This document shows, piece after piece, positions 26,498 through 39,689 of a stretch of DNA of 64,000 bases. The stretch covers positions 338,644,001 to 338,708,000 of the forward strand of contig OZ024740.1 in the NCBI GenBank assembly GCA_964016885.1. The letters run 5' to 3'. This stretch comes from Eledone cirrhosa (lineage: Eukaryota). The position numbers and the translations under genes were made by a program. Position 1 is the first letter of the stretch. Each line of letters begins with the position of its first letter. The notes under the pieces were generated by a model. It saw only the letters and a list, made by a program, of their open reading frames with translations, had not been told where the DNA came from and searched no databases.

Positions 26498-27830
26498 ATC
26501 ATCATCATCATCATCATCAACGTTTAACGTCCGTGTTCCACGCTTGCATGGGTTTGGATGGGGGTATTCCCACTTGAGGCAAGAGTGATTGTCTTGCTCG
26601 CATAGGACTGTCTGGCAGGTTTTCTACAGTTGGATGCCCTTCCTAACACCAACCACATTTACAGTGTGGGACTGGGAGGTTTTTACCGTGTTGCCTACGC
26701 GGCCACATTACAGCGTGGACTGTGTGTTTTTTTGTCGTGACACCTACACGATCTCATTTGTTTCGGCCTGGATGTTGTGGCACCAACATAACTTTACATA
26801 GGAGGGGGTGGTGTGGATGGGGTGTGGGTGGTGGGACGGGGGTGTATTTTGTTAGAGATGCCTACTGGCTGTAGTAGGTTTTACTATGTATTTAGGTAAG
26901 GCGGGTCTTCTCTATTACTGAGTACCGCCAAAGGTCTCGGTCCAGTGACATTGTCTTGGTGAGGTGTAAGTGTGTGAGGTCGGAGTTTATCAGTTCATCC
27001 CAGGTTTTTCTGGGTCTGCCTATTCCGTGGCTATCGTCTATCTTTATTGCCCTGCACTTTGTTATACAGCTATCGTCCTTCATGCACATTACGTGACCAT
27101 ACCAACGTAGCCTTCTCTCAAGTAGACAACATCTGATCCCTCTTATTTCTAATTTTTTCCTTAGTTCGTTTATGCTTTGTCGTTCACGTATATTAGTATT
27201 ACACATCCAGCGGAGCATGCAAGCTTCGTTTCTCTCTAGTCTGCGTATATCTTCTGCACACAATGCCCAGGCCTCACTGCCATGCAACATTGCTGTTCGT
27301 ATGCAGGCATCGTACAACCTGCCTTTCATTTTTAGGGAGAACCCTTTAGCGGCTAATAGTGGTATAAGCTCTCTGAACTTTTTCCACCCAGTTCTGACTC
27401 TAGCTACTGTACTTTCAGAGCACCCTCCCCCACTGCTGATTTTGTCACCCAGGTAACGGAAGCTGTCCACTATTTCTATAAAACCCTCTGCGCAGCTGAA
27501 AGAGCTATTATTTTGTGGGCACTTGCTGCTACTTATTGCGCCGGAACACCGGCCACATGTAAAATCTATGTTCTTAGTTAGCTTACCTGTGATACCACTA
27601 CATCTTTTATGCACCCAAACTTTGCATTTGGGACACAAAATGGAGTTTCTACCTACGCCTTTCCTACACTCTGCGCATGGCCACTTCCCGGAGGGGACCG
27701 CCGCCTTATTTTCTTTCTTACAAACTAGAACTTTAGTCTTAGCCAGGTTAATTTTAAGGCCTTTTGATTCTAGGCCGTGCTTCCATGTTTGGAATTTCTT
27801 CTCTAGCTCGGCCATTGATTCAGCTATGAG
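26498..27830 (-). mobile_element. RTE-clade LINE, 5'-truncated; open RT C-terminal frame (26892-27830) with embedded PHD-like finger; (GAT)n tail
   Basis: GLKINLAKTKV, FRYLG, LHGSEAW, RRLRWYGHV, GRPRKTW, DRDLWR. The YIYI N-terminus of the called ORF is only flanking microsatellite. Confidence 0.92.
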
Positions 27831-27995
27831 CATGTGTGTATATATATATATATATATATATGTGTGTATATATATATATGTGTGTGTATATATATGTATA
27901 TATATATATGTATATATATATGTGTGTGTGTGTGTGTGCATGTGTGTATGTGTGTATATATTCAAAAGGCAAGCAGAAATAACAAAGCAAATGAC

Positions 27996-28046
<51 letters not shown>

Positions 28047-28050
<4 letters not shown>

Positions 28051-28734
28051 ATAAATTATCGAGATTCGCATTTCGGCCCACGAAATAACGAAAAACAACC
28101 TCCGAGATGTGAGGCAAGTGTTCAATGGTTCAGATGAACCAGAGCTATAACAAACGTTAAACGCCAAACACACTGAGACGATGGTTAAACAATCATTCAC
28201 ATAGCCAAAAAAACGATCAAGTAATTCGGGTATTGAAAATTTACCCGGACCCCTGGAAGTTTGGTAAAATCCAGTATTTGGGTTTCTGCAGCTCCTAAAT
28301 CAAGTACCGTCCGCTTACATAAATAATGTCAGGCTTCTGGTAAGATGATTGAACAAGGAAGCCACTTTATCAGCAGGTTTTAGTCCAATGTTAATACAAG
28401 GACTGACTATTGCTGACTCCACGTGGAGATCGGCAAGGGAGACAGCTCCTATATCAGGCGAATAAATTCAGTTGTGTATATTTTTGCAAGAATGCAAAAA
28501 CATCACAAATCGAATAGAGTTCTCAACAGAAGGGTTAAAATTAACATAAGCTATTCATCAGTCAATAGAATCAACTAAAAAATCAAGAAAATGAACTGGT
28601 CAATAGCTAGAGTCTGGAGATAAATACAAACATAAATTATCGAGATTCGCATTTCGGCCCACGAAAATAACGAAAAGCAACCCCCGAGATGTGAGGCAAG
28701 AGCTCAATGGTTCAGATGAACCAGAGCTATAACA
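28047..28734. mobile_element. Non-coding 688-bp element with ~106-bp direct terminal repeats, embedded in (TA)n
   Basis: 28047-28152 and 28628-28734 are near-identical. (TA)n on both sides. Confidence 0.75.
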
Positions 28735-28750
28735 TATATATATATATATA

Positions 28751-29094
28751 TCATCATCATCATCATCATTTCATTTTACGTCCGCTTTTCCCTGCTTGCA
28801 AGGGTGGGACGGGAACTGATTCTGGCTTGATTTCTACAGCTGGATGCCCTTCCTAACACCAACCTCATTTACAGTGAGTGCTGGGTGCTTTTTTGCTGTG
28901 GCACCTACACGACCACTTTGCAGTGGAATGATAAGGACCTCAGTCCCTATCATCTCATTTCTACAGCTGAGTAAACTGGAGCAATGTGAAATAAAGTGTC
29001 TTGCTCAAGGAAACAACACACCACCCGGTCTGAGAATTGAACTCACAACCTTTCGATTGCAAGGCCAATGCTCTAACCACTAAGCCATGTGCCT
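28751..29094 (-). mobile_element. tRNA-derived SINE family S2 with RTE-derived tail
   Basis: On the minus strand: tggcttagtggttagagc A-box, gagttcaattc B-box, tail ending in (GAT)n. Near-identical copy at 34748-35092. Confidence 0.88.
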
Positions 29095-30221
29095 ATAAAT
29101 TATATACACACACACACACATATATATATATACATTCTTATAAATATACATAATATATATCCCCCACCAGTGCAAGCAGGGAAAAGCGGACGTAAAAATG
29201 ATGATGAAGATGATGATATGTATATGTATATGTATATACATATATAATTTTTCTCTTTCTTTCTACATCTATAGACTATATAAAGTATAAGCAAAAAAGA
29301 AATATGATGCTATATAGACATTGAATTTGGAAGATCGGTGGAAACTACACAAATAAATGTATGAAAATGTGTGAGAAATACTACTGTTATTGTAGTCCTA
29401 ATTTAACCCTAGGTCATCTCTGTTCAAGCAGACTTATGATTAAAGGCATTCCAACTGTGAGCATCCCATCTTTTTAGCAATATTTTGGACTAACTAATTT
29501 AATGTGTTATTTCCTTTTCTAATACAGTAGGGTGAGATTTGAGAAAGAAAGGAGTACTTTTTTTAGCAAGTCCACCAGCCAAGGTAGTTCTCTCAGTTAA
29601 TCTTTCATTTTCAGTGTGGATGTCTCACTACAATGTAGATCTGTGGAGACAGGAGATCAGTGCAGGGTGTTTTTAGTTGCATAATTACAATGTGCATGAA
29701 AGGTGAAACAGAGGTGAACTGAAGCATGAGTAAAATATAACATTAGTATTATAGTTATTTCATAGAACGTAGTGGATTGATAGAATCATTAGAGCTTGGA
29801 ACAAATTACTTTGCAGCATTTAGTAGCAGTCCATTACATTCTGAGTTTAAATCCAACCAATGAAGTGAGAGAATTATGGCTGAATATGTTTACTTTAAAT
29901 GCTAAAGGGTTAATATAGGCGTGTTACATTTATGTAACAGTGATGTTAGAGCTATTTTATGAATTTAACCAATACAGCTAAGCAATGGATCAAAGAACCC
30001 ATCAGTCAAATCAATATCATGAGGACCTCCCTAATATTGGTGCAGCAGTCAGGACCTCCTTAGTGCTGGTGCAGCAGCAAAATGTATCCAGTGCACTCTG
30101 TGAAGTTTAGGAACATATGTAAGAGAGATGCAACCCCTAGACCATCTGAGAGTTCAGTAGCTCGAAGTACTGACTTGGTCTGTGGCACTCCATCTAACTC
30201 TTACTAGAAGATAAAATGGTG

Positions 30222-30265
<44 letters not shown>

Positions 30266-30331
30266 TTATGATATATATGTGTGTGTTTATATATATATAT
30301 ACATATGTATGTATGTATATATGTATATATA

Positions 30332-30365
<34 letters not shown>

Positions 30366-30704
30366 CATATGTATGTATGTATGTATGTATATATATATAT
30401 ATAGTGTTTAACTATTTGAGGAACTTGTTGCACACAATGAAATACTCAGAGTAATAGACTACTGGATCAGCCTTAATAAACAATTAATCCCTACTGTGGC
30501 ATTAAATATGATGATAATAACATATTACATTGATGTTATAGCTTCTTTGCAGGCTTTTTAAGACACACACACACAAATGCACATATACAATATTGTGATT
30601 TGTACAGCTCTGTATATATTGGGAGCACTCTTTGTTCTTGTTGATATTTTTGTTGATATTGTGTTTATATACACTCATATATATACACACACACACACAC
30701 ACGC

Positions 30705-30738
<34 letters not shown>

Positions 30739-31655
30739 ATATATATATATATATATATTGGGCCGTCAAGTATGACATTTGTAAAAATTTGTAGAAAAAA
30801 CAAACAAATTTCTACACATTTCATACTTGATGACCCAATATATGTGTGTGTGTGTGGGGGTGTGTAGGGAACAATGAAAATGAAACAAAATTCAATATCT
30901 CAAAGGCAATGGAAACACATTGAATTGCTCTCTTCAATGACCATCAATACAACTTCTGTGAAGCTAGTTTTACTGGAGACCTACTCTCCCATGTCACTCA
31001 TCAGTTGACTGTTGCTCTTTAACATTTACATTACTCTATACTTGCTATTGTATGTTCATGGTAAAAACTTTATCTCACATAATTACCTCACATAATCTCG
31101 TGTCTACAAGATTTTAATGATGTTGTTTATTTTAAGAACGATATCTTAAAGTTGGTGTGAGCTGCTGGTTACGGCTGGTTTAAAAAACGGGAAAGAATTC
31201 TGGTCGGATACAGCCAGTTTAAATGCTAAATTGTTAAAGACAATGTTATTGCCCTCGACATCACCTAAGCCTTTTTATCACCTGACCTTTTCTGGCTAGT
31301 GACTCTTCTAACAAAAATATCTGCTTATGAACTTCATTTGTCCATCATCTCTTAGATTGGTAATTTACTGTCAGATTTCACTATCAGTTTTGGAGTGTTC
31401 CAGAATTTGGTTTTGTCCACCACACTTCTTTCTTGACATACTTGCCATCATGTCCAACATTTTCATTCATTTATAACTCCCTCCTATCAAGTATCATCTT
31501 CTGTAATCTTGATGCTTCACACCAAACCTGCATTTATTCCATGAAGCACTGGCCAATAGAGTTATACCAATCTTGTCTCTTTCAACAGTGAAAAAAGAAA
31601 TACAGTCACTGCTCATTTCAAAAATACAGCATCAATTACCATCTGTACAAATAAT

Positions 31656-31856
31656 TGTTTCTACCTTTGGCACAAGGCCAGCAATTATCCAGTACATTAC
31701 TGGTACTTTATTTTATCGACCCCGTAAGGATGAAAGGCAAAGTTAACTTCGGCGGGATTTGAACTCAGAATGGCAAGGGTCATAACTCTATTCATCAAAG
31801 CATGGCGTCCGACCCTCTACCGACACTGCCAATCCACCCCTGTACACTGCCAATCC
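31656..31856 (-). mobile_element. SINE family S1 with a duplicated 5' end
   Basis: 18-bp TSD accatctgtacaaataat (31638-31655 and 31857-31874). acactgccaatccacc occurs twice (31823-31838 and 31844-31859). Confidence 0.88.
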
Positions 31857-32267
31857 ACCATCTGTACAAATAATGATGGAGGTATTCTGTTATTATTGTT
31901 GGTCTGGTCTTTGTTTTGGCTGTGTTTCATGTTTTCCATAATTTTCAGGTGAGAAGAAACTATCTGGTGGTTCATAGTTTTATTTGTAAAGCATTTTTGA
32001 TGATTGATTCTGCTTGATAATGCAGCATATCTTTTCAGAATAAATGTTGCTTACTTTGGCAATTGTCCTATAGTGAAGTTCCAGTAAATCGACTATTTTA
32101 CAACACAATATTTTGTTTGGTATTTGTTTTTCATAGAACTTAGCAAGGGATCTTCTTTAGAATTAGTATAGATGTTGGGTCAATTCAAAAGTCCCCTGGA
32201 ATTTCTCTTGGTACTTCTCCAATCTGTGATAAATCACCCTAGAGTTCTCTCTTGCCATGGCCTATGT

Positions 32268-32545
32268 GTGGAGGTGTGTGGCCTAGTGGTAAGGGTGTTG
32301 GACTTATGATCATAATGTCGTGGGTTCGAATACTGGGCTGGGTTGTGTCTTATGTTCTTCAGCAAAACACTTGATTTCATATTACTCCAGTATACTCAGC
32401 TGAAAATGAGTACCAGCAATAGCTGGGGGTTTAATCCTATGATGGACTGGCATCCTGTCCAGAGGGAAGTCTTGTACTTTCAGTTGCTTCATGCCATGAA
32501 ACTGAGATAAACACCAACCTAACAAGTCTCCTGGCTTAAGACAGA
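32268..32545 (+). mobile_element. tRNA-derived SINE family S3
   Basis: tggcctagtggtaaggg A-box, ggttcgaatac B-box, core gatggactggcatcctgtccag. Relatives at 47620-47875 (-), 57955-58215 (+) and 34380-34502 (-). Confidence 0.8.
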
Positions 32546-33049
32546 GTTTAGATTTTTAAACATGGCCTCTGTAATAGTAATTTTCCACATGTTTATTATG
32601 TATCAGTTTAATTCTGCTGCTTGATTACTGGTTCTATATTTTCTTGAGAATGCCTCTTCTTTGTATTTCATCCAAAGAAGATAAACATTTTTTATGTGCC
32701 AGGCTTGTATTAATAGCCAACATTTGTGTGGATGGATGTGTGTGTGGTTGTATGTATGTGTGTGTATGTATATGTATGAATGAATGTGTGCATGTATGTA
32801 TGTGTGTGTGTATGTATGTATATGTATGAATGAATGTGTGCATGTATGTATGTATGTGTGTATGAATGTATCTGCTTATGTATATATGTTTGTATATATG
32901 TTAAAGTATATGAGCATTTTATAAGTTAAACATTCTATATATTTATACCAGGCTTGTATTAATGGCCAACATTTATATGTATGGGTGTGTGTAGTTGTGT
33001 GTATGTGTGTGAATGTATGTGTATGAATGTGTGTGTATATATGTGTGTG

Positions 33050-33317
33050 CAGGGATGGATTTAGGCCTTTGGGGGAGTGGGGAACTTCGAGTTTGTGGGG
33101 GCCCCTGAAAACCTATGTCTCTATAGTTGAGAACATTTAATGAATTTTGCCACAGTAAGACCATTAAATACTTTCCCTCTAAAATATAGTTCTCATTGCT
33201 GGTACTCATAAAGGCTCAGCAGAGGGTACAAATGAATTGCTACAGCTGTAGCTGGTGCCCCTTCCTCCAGGGGCCCAGGGCAATTGCCCCCTTTTCCCCC
33301 CATTAAATCCGGACCTG
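33050..33317. mobile_element. hAT-like MITE (cagggatggattta...taaatccggacctg) in a (TG)n tract
   Basis: Imperfect TIRs and internal gggccc motifs. Related copy at about 56242-56522. Confidence 0.65.
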
Positions 33318-34747
33318 TATGTATGTATGTGAACGTGTGTGTGTGTGTATGTATCTGCTTATGTATATATGTACTTGATAAAGTATATGAACCTTTTATA
33401 AGTTAAATATTTCATATATTTTACATAATTTTACTGTTCTATTTCTTCCTTGTACCTGTAATAGATGAGTTATGTCTGTTCTGATTTGTGTAGTCTATCT
33501 TCTCAATAATGGACTGAATTCCTTGTTTATATTCATAACCTGCCAGCAACTTTTGATCTGAAGTGACTTCTAACTATTTTACCCCTTGCTAGTTTAACTG
33601 ACTCACATACACCCTTTTATGACTTTCAGCAGCATTTCTCATCACTCAGCAAAACTGAACATGATAAAAGTTTAACTGATATTGCTTTAAGTCTTAAATG
33701 GTATGGCTATGTTGGTCTTCTGTGATTTTTACTAGAATAATATCCAAATTGATTACTAAGAATAATGTCTTCTGGAAAGAAAGAAATGTAAAAAGTGAAA
33801 AGAAAAACAAGAAAAATAGCATTGTTTGATATGTGTGGACACAGGTGATAAAGGAGAAAACTGAATTATACCTGATATAGTTTGATATTGTTCCGATATT
33901 GAATAAATCATTCAGTCATCATGTTTATATTCTGCAGGCCAAAGAAGAAATCTTATACTTCTCATGCAGACATAGATTTTACAAAACTTTTAAAGAAATA
34001 ACTCTAGTATTGTGTATTATATTGAATAGTTATTGATTGCATTTAAGTAAAGTTATTTGTTGGGTTGAGTTGTAGCCTGATATATTTAGAGACTGAACAC
34101 AGGAAATTATTCTATTTTGTAGAAAGGAAGTTTCATAATATATTATATAACATATTGTATTAGTTTTTATGGTGTAGTTTGCTCTTTATTATATTCTACT
34201 TTAATCATACTTTATAGAAAATTCACAATGCTTGGACTTCTGACAATATGATCATGAGTTCAAGTCTTAATAGAATAAATATTATATGCCAAAGGACATG
34301 ACAAATATACTTCTGCTTGCTTCTGTTTGAGTCACTGTGCTATGGCACTGGGCTAAGCATAAAGGTCAGCCTTCTGCAGTTGAGTATACTGGAGCAACAT
34401 GAAATGAAGTGTTATGCTCAAGATTTGATACAACCCAGTCTAGGAATCAGAATCACGACAAGATCATAAGTCCAATACTCTAACCACTAGGCCACACACC
34501 TACATTAAGGAAGATAAAGTAAAATTGGCAGTATGGAAAACAGTTGTAAAATGGTGATGATGAAAATGTAGCAGTGTTTATAGAGTGGAGGGTCTGAATC
34601 AATACAATACTACATTAAAAATGATAAATAAAATATGGCAATTTAAATAACTAAAACAGCAAAGTCAAAGATAATTTATTCATCAAGAGAGTAAGGCACT
34701 GAAACTGTCAGTAATTGTAAATAAATCAAATATATATATACTGTGTA

Positions 34748-35092
34748 TCATCATCATCATCATTTCATTTTACGTCCGCTTTTTCCCTGCTTGCAAGGGT
34801 GGGACGGGAACTGATTTTGGCTTGATTTCTACAGCTGGATGCCCTTCCTAACACCAACCTCATTTACAGTGAGTACTGGGTGCTTTTTTGCCGTGGCACC
34901 TCCACGACCACTTTGCAGTGGAATGATATGGACCCCAGTCCCTATCATCTCATTTCTACAGCTGAGTAAACTGGAGCAATGTGAAATAAAGTGTCTTGCT
35001 CAAGGAAACAACACATCACCCGGTCTGAGAATTGAACTCACAACCTTTCGATTGCAAGGCCAATTCTCTAACCACTAAGCCATGTGCCTCCA
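34748..35092 (-). mobile_element. SINE family S2, second near-identical copy
   Basis: Aligns end to end with 28751-29094 with few substitutions. Confidence 0.88.
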
Positions 35093-35787
35093 TGTGTATA
35101 TTCATGTATATATACCAGAAGATAAGTAGCACCTCCATTTCACACACAAAATTCTTGGCCCAGCACTTAATTTGTATTGTGGTTTAGCTGGTCCTGTAGA
35201 TAAGCTGTATGCTGGTTTTTATGCAGTATTTTGATAGAGAAAGGATGTGACTTATACAGAAGTATATGGTTCTTCCAGGTATCAAATGATTGTTAATACT
35301 ATGAAGCTATATTGATTCATAAACCTACTGTGCCAAATAAAGAAATGATTATTTCATTGAATTTATCATAATTAAGGATGGTATTAGTTAAGAATATAAT
35401 CAGTAGGAAATAGATTCTGTATTGGTTGCAAGATTAACTCTTAATGTCTTGTACCATATGAAACCACATTAGAAAGACATTCATAAAAAACGTAAAACAG
35501 TGCTGTGATTGCATTACATAAATTAATGTTATTACTTTACTTTATTGCAAATGTTCACAGAATTTTTTATAATAGTAAAGATACTATAAACATTTGAACC
35601 AACAAACCTGTTTTTAGATGTTTGCCTATATTCTTTACAAGGAATTTACAACTTCATACTAATTAAAGTTCATATGGATGTCCCCTAAATGTATCACTTA
35701 CTCAGAAGGAAACACAGTGCTCAAGGTCCTTTTTATGGGTGTTCATACATAGTAGGAGGGTGAAAGGAAGCTAGCTATCCTCTAACT

Positions 35788-36139
35788 CAAAGGTTCTCAA
35801 AGTGGGCGCTACTGCATTGAGAAGATCCAGGGGGAGATGGGGCCTAAGGGGGAGGTAGAGCCTAAGGGGTGGTGGGGGTAGAAATGATATAATAGTATAT
35901 TAAATATCAAATGATACATATTATATATAAATATAGTAAAATAAAAATAAATACTTATTAATACATAGTATATATTATACTATTTATTATATATAAATTA
36001 ATGATTTAATTTATTATAGATTATTTACAATTTGCGTGGAGGCACGTCTCTCTGGAAATAGGGTTGTGGGAAGCTGAGGGTATTATGTGGCCATGAGGGG
36101 GGGGGGGGGGCTGTGGCCCAAAAGGTTTGAGAACTTCTG
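35788..36139. mobile_element. hAT-Charlie-type MITE
   Basis: TIR caaaggttctcaaa/tttgagaacttctg. 8-bp TSD CTCTAACT at 35780-35787 and 36140-36147. Confidence 0.8.
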
Positions 36140-36454
36140 CTCTAACTGAAGATTTGGCTTGAATGTTTGCTACTGAGCAAGCTCCACTAAAGGCTTCCAA
36201 GTGCCATGTGGGGGCACTAAACTGAACAAGTATTTAAGTCTACCACCCAAATAAGCCATGACATAAGGCTTGAACTCAAAATGTAAAGAACTGGAACCAA
36301 TACCACATGGGATACTATCTGACTATTCCATCAGTCTTAGACAAATACTTTATTTATCAATCTCAGAACAGTTTATTCATAGCTGTTCTATTTATTTACT
36401 TTATATTTGATAGTGTATACAGTAAAGTCAGAATACATTTAATATTAAAATTGG

Positions 36455-36735
36455 ATGATAATGGTGATGGTGATTGTAATGATAATGATGATGATGAAAT
36501 TCATGACAATGATTATGATGATGATGATGATGATTGTGATCATGATGATGATGATGATGATTGTGATCATGATGATGATCATGATGGTGATTGTGATGGT
36601 GATGATGATGATGATGATGATTATGATGCTGATAGTGATGATGATGATATGATGATGATGATTGTGATGATGATGATGACGATGACGATGATTATGATGG
36701 TGATTGTGTTGATGAGGATGATGATGATGATGATT
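36455..36735. repeat. (GAT)n imperfect microsatellite
   Basis: Read directly from the sequence. Confidence 0.95.
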
Positions 36736-37322
36736 TTGGAAAAGTAAATTATAAATGTAAAAAATGTAAAAACAAAATAATGAATCACTAAAAAATGTAA
36801 AATATGGTAATTGTTTTTGTTGTGTGGAAATCTAATGTTGAAACAATTTATTGGATAAATTGATATTTAACAAAGGTAGTGAATTGGCAAAATCATTTTA
36901 ACAATTGAAATAAATACTTTTGAAAATATATTCAGCTCCTTATGTTCTGAGTTCAAATTTTATTGAAGTCAACCTTGTCTTTCATCTTTCTGGGGTTAAT
37001 AATTAAAGTGGTAGACTTGCAGAATCATAGTTTTGAACGAGCTACCTTGTAATATTTGTTCCAGCCGTTGCTTTTCAGTTCAAATCTTATTGTTGCCCAC
37101 TTTGGTGGTAGACTTAATCTATCAGCCTGTTTAACACCACCACCAGTGTCCTTCAGTGACTTTAGTAAGCCAGGTCTCCAGTCTGAGGATATCTTCCCTC
37201 TTCTCTTTAACCAGTTTTGGAAACCCTGAGAACAAATTAAAGAGTGATGTGTGCTGTCTTTTATTTTGACTAAATGATTGAAAAACACTTCTTCCTTCAA
37301 GTAGTGAAATGGTAGAGCATTG

Positions 37323-37530
37323 AATTAGCCATTTAGCCTTTATATTTCCCTATATTTACTATTATATTTTCATGGTAAAGGCTTTGCCTCACATAATTAT
37401 CTCAAATAATGACGAATCTATGAGATTTTGATATTAATTATTTTAAGAACAATACCTTAACATCAGTATGAGCAACTGGTTACTGCCATATTCTGGTCAG
37501 ATATGGCTGGTTTAAATGCTAAAGGGTTAA
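37323..37530. mobile_element. piggyBac-like TTAA MITE (copies also at about 31015-31236 and 56983-57204)
   Basis: Ends ...aaatgctaaaggg|ttaa and has the same internal sequence as the other copies. Confidence 0.65.
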
Positions 37531-39689
37531 GTGTTCTAGCTCTCTGTACACTAAATTCAAATCCCACAAATGCCAACTTTGTCTTTCAGTGTTTATAGGT
37601 GGAAGTGATAAATTGGTAGATTTGTTAAAGAGTAAAACCGATGTTTTGCAGTATCTGTTTTGGCTCCCTGTAGTTTGTGTCAAAATTGTACTTCTTTTCC
37701 CTGGAAAATTATGGTGCTTCTGCTAGGAGTTGAGACTAGCAGATAATATCAGAAATTGGAAAGCTCAATGGAAATATAATTTACTTGGTTCTATCTGATA
37801 ATCCGTTTCTTTCTTTTTTTCAACTGTTGAAATATATTAGATATAAATCAAGATCACTCCACATTTTATTTCAATCATAGTATATAAAAGTATATAAAAG
37901 TAAAAGTATGCATGTACAAAATTGTAGGCCATAGTTTTACACCTAGGTAGCTGAAAGTTTACATAGGGGCATATTTCTTCCAAAGAAAAAGCCATAGATT
38001 ATACGAGTTTTTATGAAAGTTGTTCTTTTCAAGCCCCAAATACATATACTAAGAATATTATATTCACTGCAGTAGGCATAGCAAACATTGTTGAATAGAA
38101 AAGTAATTTATTTAGATTACTTATGTAAATTAGTACAGTATTTTGAAAAATTGCATGTCTTTCCTGAAAATAAAAATAATGCTGGAGTATGATTTTATTC
38201 TAAATTCTATATTTAGTTGAGTATTTTTTCTCCACATTTATGAAGCTCAATTGGATGCAATGATTCTGAGGGAATTAACATTCCCTGACTAACCAAAGAT
38301 TGTCAGCATTAATTCAAAGCAACATATCCAAAATATAGTGTATCCAAAATATAGTGTATCATGTGAGTCTATCTTTTTTAGAAATTAATAAACCTGGATA
38401 AGGCCAGGTACTACTACTAGTTTCTAATACATATAGATATTTGTTGCTGTTTTTTGCTTTATAATTAAGAATAAATTTTATTTTATCACTTTAGATTTGT
38501 ATTTCACTAATCTTTACAACTTCACTTCCTAGAAAGTTCCATAATTGTTTTAATCCTGAACAAAATTGACGAGAATGATAATTTAGTAAAGTAAAGTAAT
38601 TCTATCAAACTTTATGACTATTTCTTGAAAATTTCAGCCAAATATTGCAAGACACATTTCATGGAGATTTATTCTTTTATGTTTATACTTTGGATATAAG
38701 CAGAATTTACTAAGTGTTGCTGCTGTCGACGTCAGAAATTATGTTTTTAGTGAAAACCATTTCTTAATTCAATCTTCACACTAGATTGTTGTTATCAGTG
38801 AAGCAAATTTGAATGACAGAATTCTAATGTGACAAGATTGAGTGTCTAACATATTTTTAGATGTACAAGGCAGAACTATAATTGACAGGAAATCTAATTC
38901 TTTCTTTCATTCTTTCATGATTTGGAACAACATAAAATAAAATTGATCTGTTTAATATCTATCTACACTATAAATATAGATTAAAACAAAACCAGAGAAA
39001 TGCTGACATATCTATGGTAGAAGAAGGAGAAAGCTATAAACAGTATTAGTTAGTGTAATAAATAAAGATGTGTCTCTATTCATAAGTTAACACATTTTTA
39101 ATGGTGTACAGATATTTTCTTTTCACTGGAAATTGAGATGTTTTATAGTTTTTATAATAACATTGGAGACATCTTAGAAAACAGTAAATTTTAAACACTG
39201 AACCATTTTTCTATCTATTTCTGAGTTTCTACAGTTCTCTATTTATGGTAAAGTTAGACATAAGTAGATGTTTATAAATCATAATCATCATCATCATCAT
39301 TTTACATCTATTTTCCATGCTAGCATGGGTTAGATGGGTTGCCATAAGCAAGCAGGGTAGATGACTATGTTTTACTCATATCTTCTATTCTGGCATGGTT
39401 TGTATTGCTAAATGTCCTACCCAATGCCAACCACTTCACAATGTGTATTGAGTGTTTTTTTTTTATTTTGGCACCAGCATTACCACCTGACAGGATGAAC
39501 CAAGTACTTTTTATCATGGCAACACCAATTTACAAAGTAGACTGGGTGAATTTTGTTGGTACCAGATATTTTCAATAGCCTTCAGCAGGTTAACTCACAG
39601 GAATCATTATTGCTCTTCTAAGTTGCAGGTCTCTAACTCTTACTGTCATAAACATCAAGAAAGCTATGCCTAAATTTGTTATCTCCTGA

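Noticed and set aside
26801-26844. G-quadruplex-like G-rich tract (also 35830-35880)
   Set aside because: It lies inside transposable element sequence (antisense RTE 3' UTR, MITE) with no evidence of a separate function.
28505-28570. Minus-strand CTGATGA...ctattc as a hammerhead
   Set aside because: It is followed by GATTT rather than GAAA, and no stem I pairing is found.
32268-32345. tRNA gene (also the heads of S1 and S2 copies)
   Set aside because: A and B boxes are present but there is no proper cloverleaf, and each continues into a SINE body.
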